Below, one piece after another: positions 19,781-30,760 of a DNA stretch of 64,000 nucleotides. The stretch's first letter is position 1. The number at the start of each line of letters is the position of its first letter. This DNA is from an uncultured delta proteobacterium (GTDB lineage: Bacteria > Myxococcota > Myxococcia > Myxococcales > Myxococcaceae). Under the pieces are notes generated by a model that worked only from the letters and a program-made list of their open reading frames with translations, searched no databases and was not told the origin of the DNA. The DNA lies in NCBI GenBank assembly GCA_963796055.1, contig CAWCKH010000004.1:2016001-2080000 (forward strand). Reading direction: 5' to 3'. Position numbers and translations under genes: made by a program.

Positions 19781-22148
19781 TTACTCGGCGACTCCCTTCT
19801 CCCTGAGGATCCGCCAAACCTTCTCCGGGGTGATCGGGATGTCGATATGTCTGACACCCAGGTGGGCGAGGGCGTCCACCACCGCGTTGGCGATGGCTGG
19901 AGGCGCGCCCACCGTGGCCGACTCGCCCACCCCCTTGGCGCCAAAGGGGTGGTGCGGCGAGGGTGTCACCGTCTTGTCCGTCTCCCAGGCCGGCGTCTCC
20001 ATCGCCGTGGGCACCAGGTAATCCATGAAGCTCCCGCCCTGGATGTTCCCGTTCTCGTCGTAGCTGATCTCCTCCAGCAGGGCCGGGGCCATCCCCATCG
20101 TCAGCCCGCCGTGGATCTGCCCGTCGACGATCATCGGGTTGATGATGTTCCCGCAGTCGTCCACCGCGACGAACCGCCGGATCTTCACCATCCCCGTCCC
20201 CCGGTCGATGTCCACCACGCAGATGTAGCTGCCGAACGGGAAGGTGAGGTTGGGCGGGTCGTAGTAGTCCACCGCCTCCAGCCCGGCCTCCATCCCCTGC
20301 GGGTGGTTGGTGTACGCGGCAAAGGCGATCTCCTGGATGGTCTTCGAGCGCTGCGGCGCGCCCCGCACCGAGAACTTCCCCGTCTCCCACACCAGGTCGT
20401 CCTCCGAGACCTCGAGCAGGTGCGCGGCGATCTTCTTCGCCTTCTCCCGCACCTTGCGCGCCGCCATCGCCCCCGCCGCGCCGGCCGTCGGCGTGGAGCG
20501 ACTGGCGTACGTCCCCAGCCCGTAGGGAGCGGTGTCGGTGTCGCCCTCCTCCACCTGCACCGCCGAGGCGGGGATGCCCAGCTCCTCGGCGATGATCTGC
20601 GCGTACGTCGTCTCGTGCCCCTGGCCCTGCGACTTGGTCCCGAACCGGGCGATGGCCTTCCCGGTGGGGTGCACCCGGAGCTCGCAGCGAGTCGAACATC
20701 TTGATGCCCAGGATGTCGAAGGTCTTCGACGGACCGGCGCCGACGATCTCGGTGAAGCTGGAGATCCCGATGCCCATCAGCTCGCCTCGGGCCCGCTTCT
20801 CCGCCTGCTCCTTGCGGAGCGCGGCGTAGCCGATCTTCTCCATCGCCAGCTGCAGCGCGCGCGGGTAGTCGCCGCTGTCGTACTCCCAGCCCAGCGCCGA
20901 CTTGTAGGGGAACTTCTCCTTGGGGATGAAGTTCTTCATCCTCAGCTCGGCCGGGTCCATCTTGAGCTGCTGGGCGAGCACGTCGGCCATCCGCTCGATG
21001 GCGTGCACCGCCTCCGTCACCCGGAACGAGCAGCGGTAGGCCACTCCTCCGGGTGGCTTGTTGGTGTACACCCCGTCCACCTCCACGAAGGCCTTCTTCA
21101 CGTCGTACGAGCCGGTGCAGATGGAGAACAGCCCAGCCGGGAACTTCGACGGGTTGGCTGCCGCATCGGCGTAGCCGTGGTCGGCCAGGGTCTTCATCCG
21201 GAGCGCGGTGATGGTCCCGTCCTTCTTCGCCGCCAGCTCGGCGGTGATGTGGTAGTCGCGGGCGAACGAGTCGGCCTGCAGGTTCTCCATCCGGTCCTCG
21301 ATCCACTTCACCGGCTTGCCGATCACCACCGAGGCGGCGACGGCGATCACGTAACCCGGATACACCGGGACCTTCCCCCCGAAGCCGCCGCCGATGTCGG
21401 GGGAGATGATCCGGATCCGCTCCTCGGACAGACCGACGTGGCCGGCGACCAGGGCGAACACCGTGCGGATCACGTGCGGCGCCTGGGTGGTCATGTAGAC
21501 CGTGAGCTTCCCGTTCACCCGATCGAAGTCGGCGACGCAGCCGCAGGTCTCGATGGAGGCGACGTGGATCCGCGGGATGTAGAGGTCCTGCTTCACCACC
21601 ACCTCCGCTTCCGCGAAGGCCTTCTCGGTTCCGGCCCGATCTCCCGCCTCCCAGTGGAAGATGCGGTTGTCCTTCTTGTCCTTCTTGTCGGTGCGGAGGA
21701 CCGGGGCGTTCGGCTCCAGGGCCTTGAACGGGTCCACCACCACCGGGAGCGGCTCGTACTCCACCTCCACCGCGTCCACCCCGTCGGCGGCGGCGTAGCG
21801 GCTGGTGGCGATGACCGCCGCCACCTCCTGCGCCTGGTACATCACCTTCTCGGTGGGGAGGACCATCTGCGTGTCCGACATCAGGGTCGGCATCCAGTGG
21901 AGGTTGTACTTGGCCAGCGTCTCGCCGGTGATGACCGCCAGCACGCCGGGGACCTTCATCGCCTTCTCGGTGTTGATCGACTTGATCTTCGCGTGGGCGA
22001 ACGGGCTCCGGACGATGTCCATCCACAGCATGTCCGGCAGCACGATGTCGTCGACGTAGTTTCCCTTGCCCCGGATGAAGCGCGGATCCTCCTTGCGCTT
22101 CATCGAGTGGCCCATGCCGCCTACTGCCGGAGTGGTCTTGGGCTGCAT
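19781..22148 (-). CDS. coxL: aerobic carbon monoxide dehydrogenase large subunit, form I; +1 frameshift at ~20687
   Basis: Form I active-site loop VAYRCSFR; KRKEDPRFIRGKGNYVDD; removing one base restores MFDSCELRVHPTGK and joins the two ORFs. Confidence 0.93.
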
Positions 22149-22158
22149 GGCGTGCCTC

Positions 22159-22629
22159 CTAGCGCAGCCGCTCGGCCGCGTACTGGACTGCCTTGACGAT
22201 GTTCACGTAGCCCGTGCAACGGCAGAGATTCCCGGAGATGGCCTCCCGGATCTCTGCCTCGGTGGGGTTCTTGTTCCGGGCCAGGAGCGCGCAGCTGGTC
22301 ATCATCATCCCCGGGGTGCAGTAGCCGCATTGCAGTCCGTGCTTCTCCCAGAAGCCTTCTTGAAGTGGGTGCAGCTTCCCGTCCTTCTCCAGGCCCTCGA
22401 CGGTGGAGATCTGTCGCCCGTCCGCCTGGACTGCCAGCACGGTGCACGACTTCACCGGCTGCCCGTCGAGGAGCACCGTGCACGCGCCGCAGTGGGTGGT
22501 GTCGCAGCCGATGTGCGTACCGGTCAGCCGGAGCTGATCCCGCAGCAGGTGCACCAGGAGCAGCCGGGACTCCACTTGCGCGTCGTGCGCCGTCCCGTTC
22601 ACCGTGACCCGGATGGTGTGCATCGCCAT
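22159..22629 (-). CDS. coxS: CO dehydrogenase small (2x[2Fe-2S]) subunit
   Basis: [32 protein letters not shown]. Confidence 0.93.
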   Translation of the reverse strand: MAMHTIRVTVNGTAHDAQVESRLLLVHLLRDQLRLTGTHIGCDTTHCGACTVLLDGQPVKSCTVLAVQADGRQISTVEGLEKDGKLHPLQEGFWEKHGLQCGYCTPGMMMTSCALLARNKNPTEAEIREAISGNLCRCTGYVNIVKAVQYAAERLR

Positions 22630-22631
22630 GG

Positions 22632-23504
22632 CTACCGCCCTCCCGCGCGCTCGACCGCCAGCTTCAGCGCGCGCCCGGTGAGGACCCGCGCCATGTCCCG
22701 CTTGTATTCCACCGATCCGCGGCGGTCGGCGCTCGGCGATGCCGCCTTGGAGGCGCGCTGCGCCGCCTCGGCCAGCGTCGCCGCATCCGGCCGCTTGCCG
22801 ATCAGCAGCTTCTCCGCCTCGCCCGCCTTGATGGGCGTGGGGCCGACGTTGGTCAGCGCGATCCCCGCCCGCTCGATCGCCCCTTTCGCGTCCAGCGTCA
22901 CCTGGGCCGCGGCGGCGGCCGTGGCGTAGTCCCCCACCTTCCGCTCCAGCTTCACGTATGCGCCGCCCGAGCGGGGCGGCGGAACGGGGATGCGGATCTC
23001 GGTGAGCACCTCGTCGATACGTAACGCGGTCCGGAAGAGCCCGAGGAAGAACTGGTCCACGGGGATCAGCCGCTCGCCCTTGGGCCCGGTGGCCACCACC
23101 TGCGCGCCGAGCGCGAGCATGGTGGCCGGGTGATCGTTCCCTGGATCGCCGTGGGCCAGGTTCCCGCCGACGGTGGCCATGTTTCGTACCAGCGGGTCGG
23201 CGATCACCTTCGCGGTGTCGAGGAGGATGGGGTACCGGGTCCGGACCAGCTCGGAGTGCTCCAGGGCCGACTCGCGGGTCCGCCCGCCGATCCGGAGCAT
23301 TCCGCCGTCCTCGCGGATGTACTCCAGGCCGGGAATGCGACCGATGTCGATCAGGTGTCCCGCCTGTCCCAGGCGCAGCTTGAGGAGGGGTAGCAGGCTC
23401 TGTCCCCCGGAGAGCACCTTCGCCTCCTCTCCGTACTTGGAGAGCAGCGCCAGCGCCTCGGGCAACGAGCCCGGTGCGTGGTAGTCGAACGACGCAGGAA
23501 TCAT
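22632..23504 (-). CDS. coxM: CO dehydrogenase medium (FAD) subunit
   Basis: [50 protein letters not shown]. Confidence 0.92.
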   Translation of the reverse strand: MIPASFDYHAPGSLPEALALLSKYGEEAKVLSGGQSLLPLLKLRLGQAGHLIDIGRIPGLEYIREDGGMLRIGGRTRESALEHSELVRTRYPILLDTAKVIADPLVRNMATVGGNLAHGDPGNDHPATMLALGAQVVATGPKGERLIPVDQFFLGLFRTALRIDEVLTEIRIPVPPPRSGGAYVKLERKVGDYATAAAAAQVTLDAKGAIERAGIALTNVGPTPIKAGEAEKLLIGKRPDAATLAEAAQRASKAASPSADRRGSVEYKRDMARVLTGRALKLAVERAGGR

Positions 23505-23519
23505 GGTCCCTCCTCGGGC

Positions 23520-24302
23520 CTACGACGACCGGTGCAGCAAGAAGTAGAGAATCGCGACCAAGACCACCAGCGCCATCGCCCAGAAGCCGGGCTGACGCAC
23601 CCACCGGGCCGCCGAGCGCCGAGCCACCCGCGCTCCGAGCGCCGCCGCGTCCAGCGCCTCCGGAGCCGCGGGGGGAATCGATCGACCCGGAGCCGTCGCC
23701 GACGGGCCCGGGCTCGCAGCTCCCAAGGCGGAGGCGGGCGCGGGAGCCGCTCGCATCGCCCCGCCTGCAGCGCCATCGCCGGAGGCGGGCGCGGGGGCCG
23801 CTCGCATCACCCCCTCCGCAGCGCCATCGCCGGAGGCCGGCGCCCCGGTCGACTCCAGCTCGGCGCGCATCCGCTCGGAGAAGATCTGGAACATCTCGTC
23901 GCTGACGTCCTGGATCATTCCCCGACCCATCTGGGCGAGGATGCCGGTGACGTTCACCAGCGAGACCGCGGTGACCTCCGCTCCCCCGCCGGGGAGCGCC
24001 TTCACGCTGCTGGTCAGCCGGAGGTCCGCGCCTCCCTTGCCCCGCACGTCCTGCCCGGTGGCGAGCAGCTCGGCGGTGCGGGCGGCGGGGTCGAGGCGCT
24101 CGAAGACCACCTTCCCCTTGTAGGTCGAGGACACCGGACCGACCTTGATGGTCATCGTCCCGGTGGAGGTCCGCTCGTCGAGCCGCTCGCCGATCGCCGC
24201 TCCCGGCAGGCACCGCGCCACGCGCGGGAGGTCGACCAGGAAGCTCCACACCGCCTCGGGTGCGGCCTTGACGACGAAGGTCTTGGAGATCTCCAGGGCC
24301 AT
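23520..24302 (-). CDS. coxG: CoxG (SRPBCC) protein with C-terminal membrane anchor
   Basis: [41 protein letters not shown]-terminal [17 protein letters not shown]. Confidence 0.88.
   Translation of the reverse strand: MALEISKTFVVKAAPEAVWSFLVDLPRVARCLPGAAIGERLDERTSTGTMTIKVGPVSSTYKGKVVFERLDPAARTAELLATGQDVRGKGGADLRLTSSVKALPGGGAEVTAVSLVNVTGILAQMGRGMIQDVSDEMFQIFSERMRAELESTGAPASGDGAAEGVMRAAPAPASGDGAAGGAMRAAPAPASALGAASPGPSATAPGRSIPPAAPEALDAAALGARVARRSAARWVRQPGFWAMALVVLVAILYFLLHRSS
23730..23843. repeat. 51-bp tandem repeat (~2.2 copies) in the coxG linker
   Basis: Units start at 23730, 23781, 23832; encodes APASGDGAA(E/G)G(V/A)MRAAP. Confidence 0.9.
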
Positions 24303-24313
24303 CTCTCGGGTCC

Positions 24314-25300
24314 TCAGCGCGCGGCAGCCGACTGGGTGAGGTACCGCTCCGGAGCGGCCACGAACTTCTCTCGGCACCGGGGGTTGCAGAAGAAGAAGGT
24401 CCGACCGGCGTGCTCCGCCCGGTGCCGTGCGGTGGCCACCACCACCGTCATCCCGCACACCGGATCCAGCGCCTCGTCCGCCTCGGGCGCGGGAGGCGCG
24501 GCCGGTTCTGCCACCTGGGCCCTCGACAGCTGGACGATCTCCGCGAGGATGCTCAGCGCGACCTCCTCGGGAAGCCGGGCCCCGATGTCCAGTCCGGCAG
24601 GGTTCCGGATCCGGTCCAGCGGCTCGGCCGACACCCCGCGAGCGAGGAGATCCTCACGGAGCTGACCGAACCGGGTCCGGCTGGCGACCACGCCCAGGTA
24701 CGCCGGCAGGAGCCGCAGCGCGGTGCTCACCGCCTCGTCGTCGTGCTCGCCCATCGTGGCCACCACCGCGAACGTCCTCGCCGCCGGGCCGCCGTCGCGC
24801 GCCAGCTCCGGGCTGTTCCAGTCCACGAAGACCCGGTCCGCCTCGGCGACCGGATGCGTGCTTGCCTCGGGGTCCACCACGTCCACCGAGTACCCCAGCC
24901 CCTTCCCCAGCTGCGCCAGCGCCCGAGCGACCGGGGAGAGGCCGAAGAGCACCAGCCGCGGTGGGGGCAGGAACGGCTCGAGGTACACGTCCACGGTTCC
25001 TCCGCTCTGACAGACCATCGGAAGGACCGTGACCCCCGGGCGCTGGTCGGCGCCGGCCTCGGGCGACAGCGAGAGCAGCCGCGGCTGAGCGTCGATCAGC
25101 GCGCGCGCCGCCTCGCGCTTCACCACCGGCTGGGTGCAGTTGCCGCCCAGCCAGCCGTGGTAGCTGCCGTCGGCGGTGATGATCGCCATGTCGCCCTGGT
25201 GGGCCGAGCTGTAGGGCTGACGCCGGACGACCATCGCCAGGACGAAGGGCTGCCGTCGCGAGGCGAGGTCCGCGGCGAGCTGGAGGAGCTCGGCTCTCAT
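24314..25300 (-). CDS. XdhC/CoxF-like protein with C-terminal YHS domain
   Basis: [68 protein letters not shown]. Confidence 0.88.
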   Translation of the reverse strand: MRAELLQLAADLASRRQPFVLAMVVRRQPYSSAHQGDMAIITADGSYHGWLGGNCTQPVVKREAARALIDAQPRLLSLSPEAGADQRPGVTVLPMVCQSGGTVDVYLEPFLPPPRLVLFGLSPVARALAQLGKGLGYSVDVVDPEASTHPVAEADRVFVDWNSPELARDGGPAARTFAVVATMGEHDDEAVSTALRLLPAYLGVVASRTRFGQLREDLLARGVSAEPLDRIRNPAGLDIGARLPEEVALSILAEIVQLSRAQVAEPAAPPAPEADEALDPVCGMTVVVATARHRAEHAGRTFFFCNPRCREKFVAAPERYLTQSAAAR

Positions 25301-25905
25301 CGGCTGCCTCCGAGCTGCTCCCGGACGCGCTCCAGGTCGGCGGGCAGGTCGAGATCGGTCAGGGTCCGTGCCGGCCAGGGAACGCGGATCGCCTCGGCGG
25401 TGTGCCGCCTGACGACGGGCTTTCCGCAGCCCTCGCCCTCGAGCGCGCGAAGCTCGGGGAATAGCCGGCGATCGTAGAGGATGGGCGGTGCGTCCACGCC
25501 CTCGTAGTCGGAGACCACCAGGGGCGGAGCGTCCACCCGGTACCGCTCGACCAGCATACGGATCATTCCCGGATCGACCAGCGGCATGTCGGCCAGGAGC
25601 ACCACCGCCGCCGCGCAGCGCTCCGGCACCGCGCCGATCCCGCTCCGGAGCGAGCTGTGGATCCCGTCCTGGTAGTCGGGGTTCACCACCACCTCGCAGC
25701 CCACCCCCCGGAGCTCGCCCCGGGCCCGCTCGCTCTCGTGGCCGAGGACCACCAGCACCGGATCGAGCCCGGCGTCCACGGCCGTGCCGACGGCACGTCG
25801 GAGCACGCTCTGACCGGCGAGCTCGAGGAGCATCTTGTTCCGACCCATCCGGCTCGAGGTCCCCGCTGCGAGGACCACGCCGGCGATGCTTTCACGCCGA
25901 TCCAC
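25297..25905 (-). CDS. mocA: molybdenum cofactor cytidylyltransferase (MocA-like NTP transferase)
   Basis: [35 protein letters not shown]; context of MCD-dependent enzymes. Confidence 0.82.
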   Translation of the reverse strand: MDRRESIAGVVLAAGTSSRMGRNKMLLELAGQSVLRRAVGTAVDAGLDPVLVVLGHESERARGELRGVGCEVVVNPDYQDGIHSSLRSGIGAVPERCAAAVVLLADMPLVDPGMIRMLVERYRVDAPPLVVSDYEGVDAPPILYDRRLFPELRALEGEGCGKPVVRRHTAEAIRVPWPARTLTDLDLPADLERVREQLGGSR

Positions 25906-25941
25906 GCGGGACCTCCCGGGACAGGAGCCCAACGGCGGCCA

Positions 25942-25970
25942 ATGAAGCTCGGGTGGCTCCGGAGTGTCAA
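25942..25970 (-). promoter_or_regulatory. candidate sigma70 promoter for the form I cox operon
   Basis: TTGACA-N17-CTTCAT on minus strand in the 195-bp divergent intergenic region; -10 weak. Confidence 0.3.
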
Positions 25971-26100
25971 CGACGCGCGGCCGTTGGCACGTTGCGTTGG
26001 TGACGAACGGCGCCTGCCGGGGTGCTTGACCCGCGCCGCCCGCGCTCGCAATGTCCCGACGACCTCGTCTGGCGACTGTGTGACTCCTGGAGGTGACGGG

Positions 26101-26607
26101 ATGGCGCGAATCTCCGTGAGGGTGAACGGGACGCAGCAGGCACACGAGGTCGAGCCCCGGCTGTTGCTGGTGCATTACCTGCGCGACGTGCTCGGGCTCA
26201 CCGGCACCCACGTCGGGTGCGACACCAGCCAGTGCGGAAGTTGCACGGTGATGGTCGACGGCCGGACGGTGAAGTCGTGCACGATGCTCGCGGTGCAGAC
26301 CGATGGCAGCGAGGTGCTCACCATCGAGGGGCTGGCCTCCGACGGAAAGCTCCATCCGGTCCAGGAGAGCTTCTGGGAGGAGCACGGGCTGCAGTGCGGC
26401 TTCTGCACCCCCGGGCTCATCCTCTCGGCCGTCGGGCTGCTCCGCGACGTCCCCCAGCCCGACGAGCACGCGATCCGCACCGGCATCGAGGGGAACCTCT
26501 GCCGCTGCACGGGCTACCACAACGTCGTCAAGGCGGTGCAGTCGGCGGCAAGGAAGCTGGCCTCGACGCCGTCCGACGCGGGGCCGGCCGGAGTCCAGGG
26601 CCGATAG
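26101..26607 (+). CDS. coxS: 2Fe-2S small subunit of form II CoxSLM-like molybdoenzyme
   Basis: [38 protein letters not shown]. Confidence 0.9.
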   Translation: MARISVRVNGTQQAHEVEPRLLLVHYLRDVLGLTGTHVGCDTSQCGSCTVMVDGRTVKSCTMLAVQTDGSEVLTIEGLASDGKLHPVQESFWEEHGLQCGFCTPGLILSAVGLLRDVPQPDEHAIRTGIEGNLCRCTGYHNVVKAVQSAARKLASTPSDAGPAGVQGR

Positions 26608-26617
26608 GAGGATGCGC

Positions 26618-28993
26618 ATGGCGACGGCGACGGTCGAGCGCCTGGTCGGCAAGTCCATCAGGCGGCGAGAGGACCCCCGGTTCATCACCGGACGAGGGAC
26701 GTTCACCGACGACGTGAAGCTCCCCGGCACGCAGCACGCGGTCTTCGTCCGGAGCTCGCTGGCGCACGCCCGCGTCGTCAACATCGACGCCTCGCGCGCG
26801 CTGGCCCATTCCGGGGTGCGCGCGGTGTTCACCGGGAAGGACCTCGCCGACGGAGGAGTCAACCCCATCCCGGTGGGGTGGCTGCTCCCCGGCCTGAAGA
26901 CCACCGATTTCCGGGCGATCGCGGTGGATCGGGTCCGCCACGTCGGTGAGGCCGTGGCGGTGGTGGTGGCCGAGTCGGCGGCGATCGCCCGGGACGCCGC
27001 GGAGCTGGTCTCGGTGGACTACCAGGAGCTCCCGGTGGTGGTGGACGCCGTCGCCGCGCTCCGGCCAGGGGCGCCGCAGGTTCACGCCAGCGCGCCGGAC
27101 AACCGCTGCTTCCACTGGGAGATCGGAGACCGGGCGAGGACCGAGTCCTCGCTGCGCGGGGCGGCGAAGGTGGTCCGGACACGGCTGATCAACCAGCGGC
27201 TGATCGCCAATGCCATCGAGCCGCGGGCCTCGCTGGCGAGCTACCAGGCGGCCACCGACGAGCTGACCCTCTGGGTCACGTCGCAGAACCCGCACGTCCA
27301 CCGGTTGATCATGGGCGCCTTCGTGCTCGGGCTCCCCGAGCAGCGGTTCCGGGTCATCGCCCCGGACGTCGGCGGCGGCTTCGGCTCGAAGATCTTCATC
27401 TACCCCGAGGAGGTGGCGGTGGCCTGGCTGGCCCGTCGCCTCGGCGTCCCGGTGAAGTGGACCGCCCAGCGCACCGAGAGCTTCCTCACCGATGCCCAGG
27501 GAAGGGACCACGTCTCCGAGGTGGAGATGGGGTTCGACGCGAACGGCAAGCTGGCCGGGCTCCGGGTGACGACGGTGGCCAACCTCGGCGCGTATCTCAC
27601 GCTCTTCGCCCCGGCAGTCCCCACCTACCTCTACGGAACGCTGCTCAACGGCCTCTACGACATCCCCGCCATCTTCTGCGAGGTGGACGGCGTCTTCACC
27701 CACACCGTCCCGGTGGACGCGTACCGCGGCGCCGGCCGCCCCGAGGCCTGTTACCTGATCGAGCGCACCATGGACATCGCCGCCGGGGAGCTGGGCGCCG
27801 ATCCTGTGGAGCTCCGCCGCAAGAACCTGATTCCCAAGGAGCGGTTCCCGTTCCAGACCCAGGTGGCCCTGACCTACGACAGCGGCAACTACGCCCCGGC
27901 GCTGGAGCGCGCGCTGCAGATGGTGGGCTACGAGCGCTTCCGGGCGGAGCAGGCCGAGGGGCGCAAGAAGGGCAGGTACCTCGGGCTCGGACTCTCCTGC
28001 TACATCGAGGCCTGCGGCATCGCGCCCTCCCAGGTGGTGGGCTCGCTCGGCGCGCAGGCCGGCCTCTACGAGAGCGGAACCGTCCGGGTGCACCCCACTG
28101 GCAAGGTGACGGTCCTCACCGGCTCGCACAGCCACGGCCAGGGACACGAGACGACCTTCTCCCAGCTGGTGGCCGACGCCCTGGGGATCCCGCTGAACGA
28201 CGTGGACATCGTGCACGGGGACACCGGGCGGATCCCGTTCGGGATGGGCACCTACGGGAGCCGCAGCGGCGCGGTGGGTGGCACGGCCATCCACATGAGC
28301 CTGCAGAAGGTCATCGAGAAGGGCCGGGCTCTCGCCGCGCACCTCCTCGAGGCCGCGCCGGACGACGTGGAGTTCAAGGGCGGCCGCTTCTCGGTGAAGG
28401 GTTCCCCGGACCGCGGCAAGACATTTGCCGAGGTCAGTCTCGCGGCCTACCTCGCTCACAAGATGCCGGCGGGCATGGAGCCCGGCCTGGAGGCGACCAG
28501 CTTCTTCGATCCCTCGAACTTCACCTTCCCCTTCGGGACCCACATCGCAGTCGTCGAGGTGGACGTGGAGACCGGGCGGACGACGCTCCTCCGCTACGTC
28601 GCGGTGGACGACGTGGGCAACGTCATCAACCCGATGATCGTCGACGGCCAGCTGCACGGCGGCATCGCCCAGGGGGTCGCGCAGGCGCTGTGGGAGTGGG
28701 CCAGCTACGACGAGGCCGGGCAGCTGACCACCGGGTCGCTGATGGAATACGGTCTTCCGCGGGCCGATCAGCTGCCGAAGTTCGAGACCGACCGGACCGT
28801 GACTCCTTCACCGGTGAACCCGCTGGGGGTGAAGGGCGCGGGTGAGGCGGGGACCATCGCCGCCACCCCTGCGGTGGCCAACGCGGTCATGGACGCGCTC
28901 TCCCCGTTCGGCATCACCCACCTGGACCTCCCGCTCACTCCCCAGAAGGTCTGGAAGGCGGTGCAGGCGGCCCGCCCGGCAGGGAGGAGGTAG
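26618..28993 (+). CDS. coxL: form II CoxL-like molybdopterin subunit (xanthine dehydrogenase family)
   Basis: Form II signature DAYRGAGRPEA; RRREDPRFITGRG; GTYGSRS; S-L-M order; RBS AGGAGG. Confidence 0.92.
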   Translation: MATATVERLVGKSIRRREDPRFITGRGTFTDDVKLPGTQHAVFVRSSLAHARVVNIDASRALAHSGVRAVFTGKDLADGGVNPIPVGWLLPGLKTTDFRAIAVDRVRHVGEAVAVVVAESAAIARDAAELVSVDYQELPVVVDAVAALRPGAPQVHASAPDNRCFHWEIGDRARTESSLRGAAKVVRTRLINQRLIANAIEPRASLASYQAATDELTLWVTSQNPHVHRLIMGAFVLGLPEQRFRVIAPDVGGGFGSKIFIYPEEVAVAWLARRLGVPVKWTAQRTESFLTDAQGRDHVSEVEMGFDANGKLAGLRVTTVANLGAYLTLFAPAVPTYLYGTLLNGLYDIPAIFCEVDGVFTHTVPVDAYRGAGRPEACYLIERTMDIAAGELGADPVELRRKNLIPKERFPFQTQVALTYDSGNYAPALERALQMVGYERFRAEQAEGRKKGRYLGLGLSCYIEACGIAPSQVVGSLGAQAGLYESGTVRVHPTGKVTVLTGSHSHGQGHETTFSQLVADALGIPLNDVDIVHGDTGRIPFGMGTYGSRSGAVGGTAIHMSLQKVIEKGRALAAHLLEAAPDDVEFKGGRFSVKGSPDRGKTFAEVSLAAYLAHKMPAGMEPGLEATSFFDPSNFTFPFGTHIAVVEVDVETGRTTLLRYVAVDDVGNVINPMIVDGQLHGGIAQGVAQALWEWASYDEAGQLTTGSLMEYGLPRADQLPKFETDRTVTPSPVNPLGVKGAGEAGTIAATPAVANAVMDALSPFGITHLDLPLTPQKVWKAVQAARPAGRR

Positions 28994-28995
28994 CG

Positions 28996-29862
28996 ATGTA
29001 CCCCGTTCCCTTCGAGTACCACCGGGCGGGCAGCGTGCAGGAGGCGGTGGAGCTCCTGGCCCGCTACGGCGAGTTTGCCAGGCTCCTCGCCGGCGGACAC
29101 TCGCTGCTCCCGCTGATGAAGCTGCGGATGGCCGAGCCCAAGCACCTGGTGGACATCCGGCGCATCCCCGGTCTGTCCGGGGTGCGGGAGGAGGCCGGCG
29201 TGCTGATCATCGGAGCCGCGACTCCTCACCAGGTGCTCGAACGCTCGCCCCTCGTTCGCCAGCGCCTCCCCATCCTCTCCGAGGCCGCGGCGCAGATCGG
29301 CGATGCCCAGGTCCGGAACATGGGGACCATCGGTGGGAGCCTGGCCCACGCCGACCCGGCAGCGGATCTCCCGGCGGTGATGCTCGCGGTCGGAGCGGAG
29401 CTGGTGGCCGTGGGACCGAAGGGCAGGCGCGCGCTCCCGGTGGACGGCTTCTTCGCCAAGCTCTTCACCACCACGCTCGCGCCGGGCGAGATGCTGACCG
29501 AGGTGCGCATCCCGCTGCCGCCCGCCGGCACCGGTGGGGCATACGCCAAGTTCGCCCATCCGGCCTCGCGCTACGCGATCGTCGGGGTCGCCGCGACTCT
29601 GACCGTCGTCGCGCGGAAGATCAGCGCCGCCCGGGTGGCAATCACCGGGGTCGGGGCAAAGCCGGCGCGGGCGAGCGCCACCGAGTCGGCCCTGGTGGGC
29701 AAGACAGCCGAGGCCGGGATGGTCGCCTCGGGGGCGGAGAAGGCCGTCGAGGGGCTCGCCTTCCGCTCCGACGCGCGGATGGACCCGGACTACGCTCGGG
29801 CCCTGGTGGTGACCTTCACCCGGCGCGCCTTGGCCACGGCGCTCGAGCGGGCGGGCGGATAG
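28996..29862 (+). CDS. coxM: FAD subunit of form II CoxSLM-like enzyme
   Basis: LAGGHSLLPLMKLR, IGDAQVRNMGTIGGSLAHADPAAD. Confidence 0.9.
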   Translation: MYPVPFEYHRAGSVQEAVELLARYGEFARLLAGGHSLLPLMKLRMAEPKHLVDIRRIPGLSGVREEAGVLIIGAATPHQVLERSPLVRQRLPILSEAAAQIGDAQVRNMGTIGGSLAHADPAADLPAVMLAVGAELVAVGPKGRRALPVDGFFAKLFTTTLAPGEMLTEVRIPLPPAGTGGAYAKFAHPASRYAIVGVAATLTVVARKISAARVAITGVGAKPARASATESALVGKTAEAGMVASGAEKAVEGLAFRSDARMDPDYARALVVTFTRRALATALERAGG

Positions 29863-29869
29863 ACCACCC

Positions 29870-30760
29870 GTGCGCGAGGAGATCCAGCGCATCCAGCAGT
29901 CGATGGAGCGCGAGGGGTACGTCACCGACCGGGCAGTGGCCACCGCCGTCCACCTGGCCATCACCCTGGGCAAGCCGCTGCTGGTCGAGGGGCATCCCGG
30001 CGTGGGCAAGACGGAGATCGCCAAGGTGCTCGCCGCCATGCTGCAGGGCGACCTGATCCGCCTGCAGTGCTACGAGGGGCTCGACGCCACCACCGCTCTC
30101 TACGAGTGGAACTACCCCAAGCAGCTCCTGCACATCCGGCTTCAGCAGGACGCTGAGCGCTCGGTGGCCGCGCGCGAAGCGGACATCTTCAGCGAACGCT
30201 TCCTCCTCAAGCGCCCCTTGCTCCAGGCCATCACCCACCAGGGCCGCCCTCCGGTCCTCCTCATCGACGAGGTGGACCGGGCGGACGAGGAGTTCGAAGC
30301 CTTCCTCCTCGAGGTGCTCTCCGACTTCCAGGTCACCATCCCGGAGGTCGGCACGGTGCGCGCCGCTGCCAGGCCAGCGGTGGTCCTCACCTCCAACCGT
30401 GCCCGGGACCTCTCCGATGCGCTCCGCCGACGCTGCCTGTATCTGTGGATCGACTACCCGCCGCTGGAGAAGGAGCTGCGCATCGTCCGGACCCGGGTCC
30501 CCGGCATCGACGAGCGGCTGGCGCGCGAGCTGACGGCCTTCATCCACTCGCTCCGCCGGATGAAGCTGGTCAAGGTGCCGGGAGTGGCCGAGTCGCTCGA
30601 CTGGGCGCAGGCGCTGGTGGCACTCCACGCCGCGCACCTCGACGAGGACCTGGTCCGGGAGACCCTGGGGTGCTTCCTCAAGGACGAGGAGGATCTCCGG
30701 ACGGTCACCGCCAGGCTCGACGCAGGAGAGCTGGCGGCGCTCTCCTCGTCGCTGGCATGA
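29870..30760 (+). CDS. coxD: MoxR-type AAA+ ATPase (CoxD)
   Basis: GHPGVGKT, IRLQCYEGLD, YEWNYPKQLL, LLIDEVDRADEEFEAFLLE, DALRRRC. Confidence 0.9.
   Translation: MREEIQRIQQSMEREGYVTDRAVATAVHLAITLGKPLLVEGHPGVGKTEIAKVLAAMLQGDLIRLQCYEGLDATTALYEWNYPKQLLHIRLQQDAERSVAAREADIFSERFLLKRPLLQAITHQGRPPVLLIDEVDRADEEFEAFLLEVLSDFQVTIPEVGTVRAAARPAVVLTSNRARDLSDALRRRCLYLWIDYPPLEKELRIVRTRVPGIDERLARELTAFIHSLRRMKLVKVPGVAESLDWAQALVALHAAHLDEDLVRETLGCFLKDEEDLRTVTARLDAGELAALSSSLA

Noticed and set aside
20680..20700. Programmed ribosomal frameshift in coxL
   Set aside because: No slippery sequence; other single-base insertions in the window favour error or mutation
25984..26001. Sigma54 promoter TTGGCACG in the cox intergenic region
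   Set aside because: No GC at the required GG-N10-GC spacing
26618..28993. Second bona fide CO dehydrogenase
   Set aside because: Lacks the Cu-ligating Cys of AYXCSFR; substrate cannot be assigned from sequence
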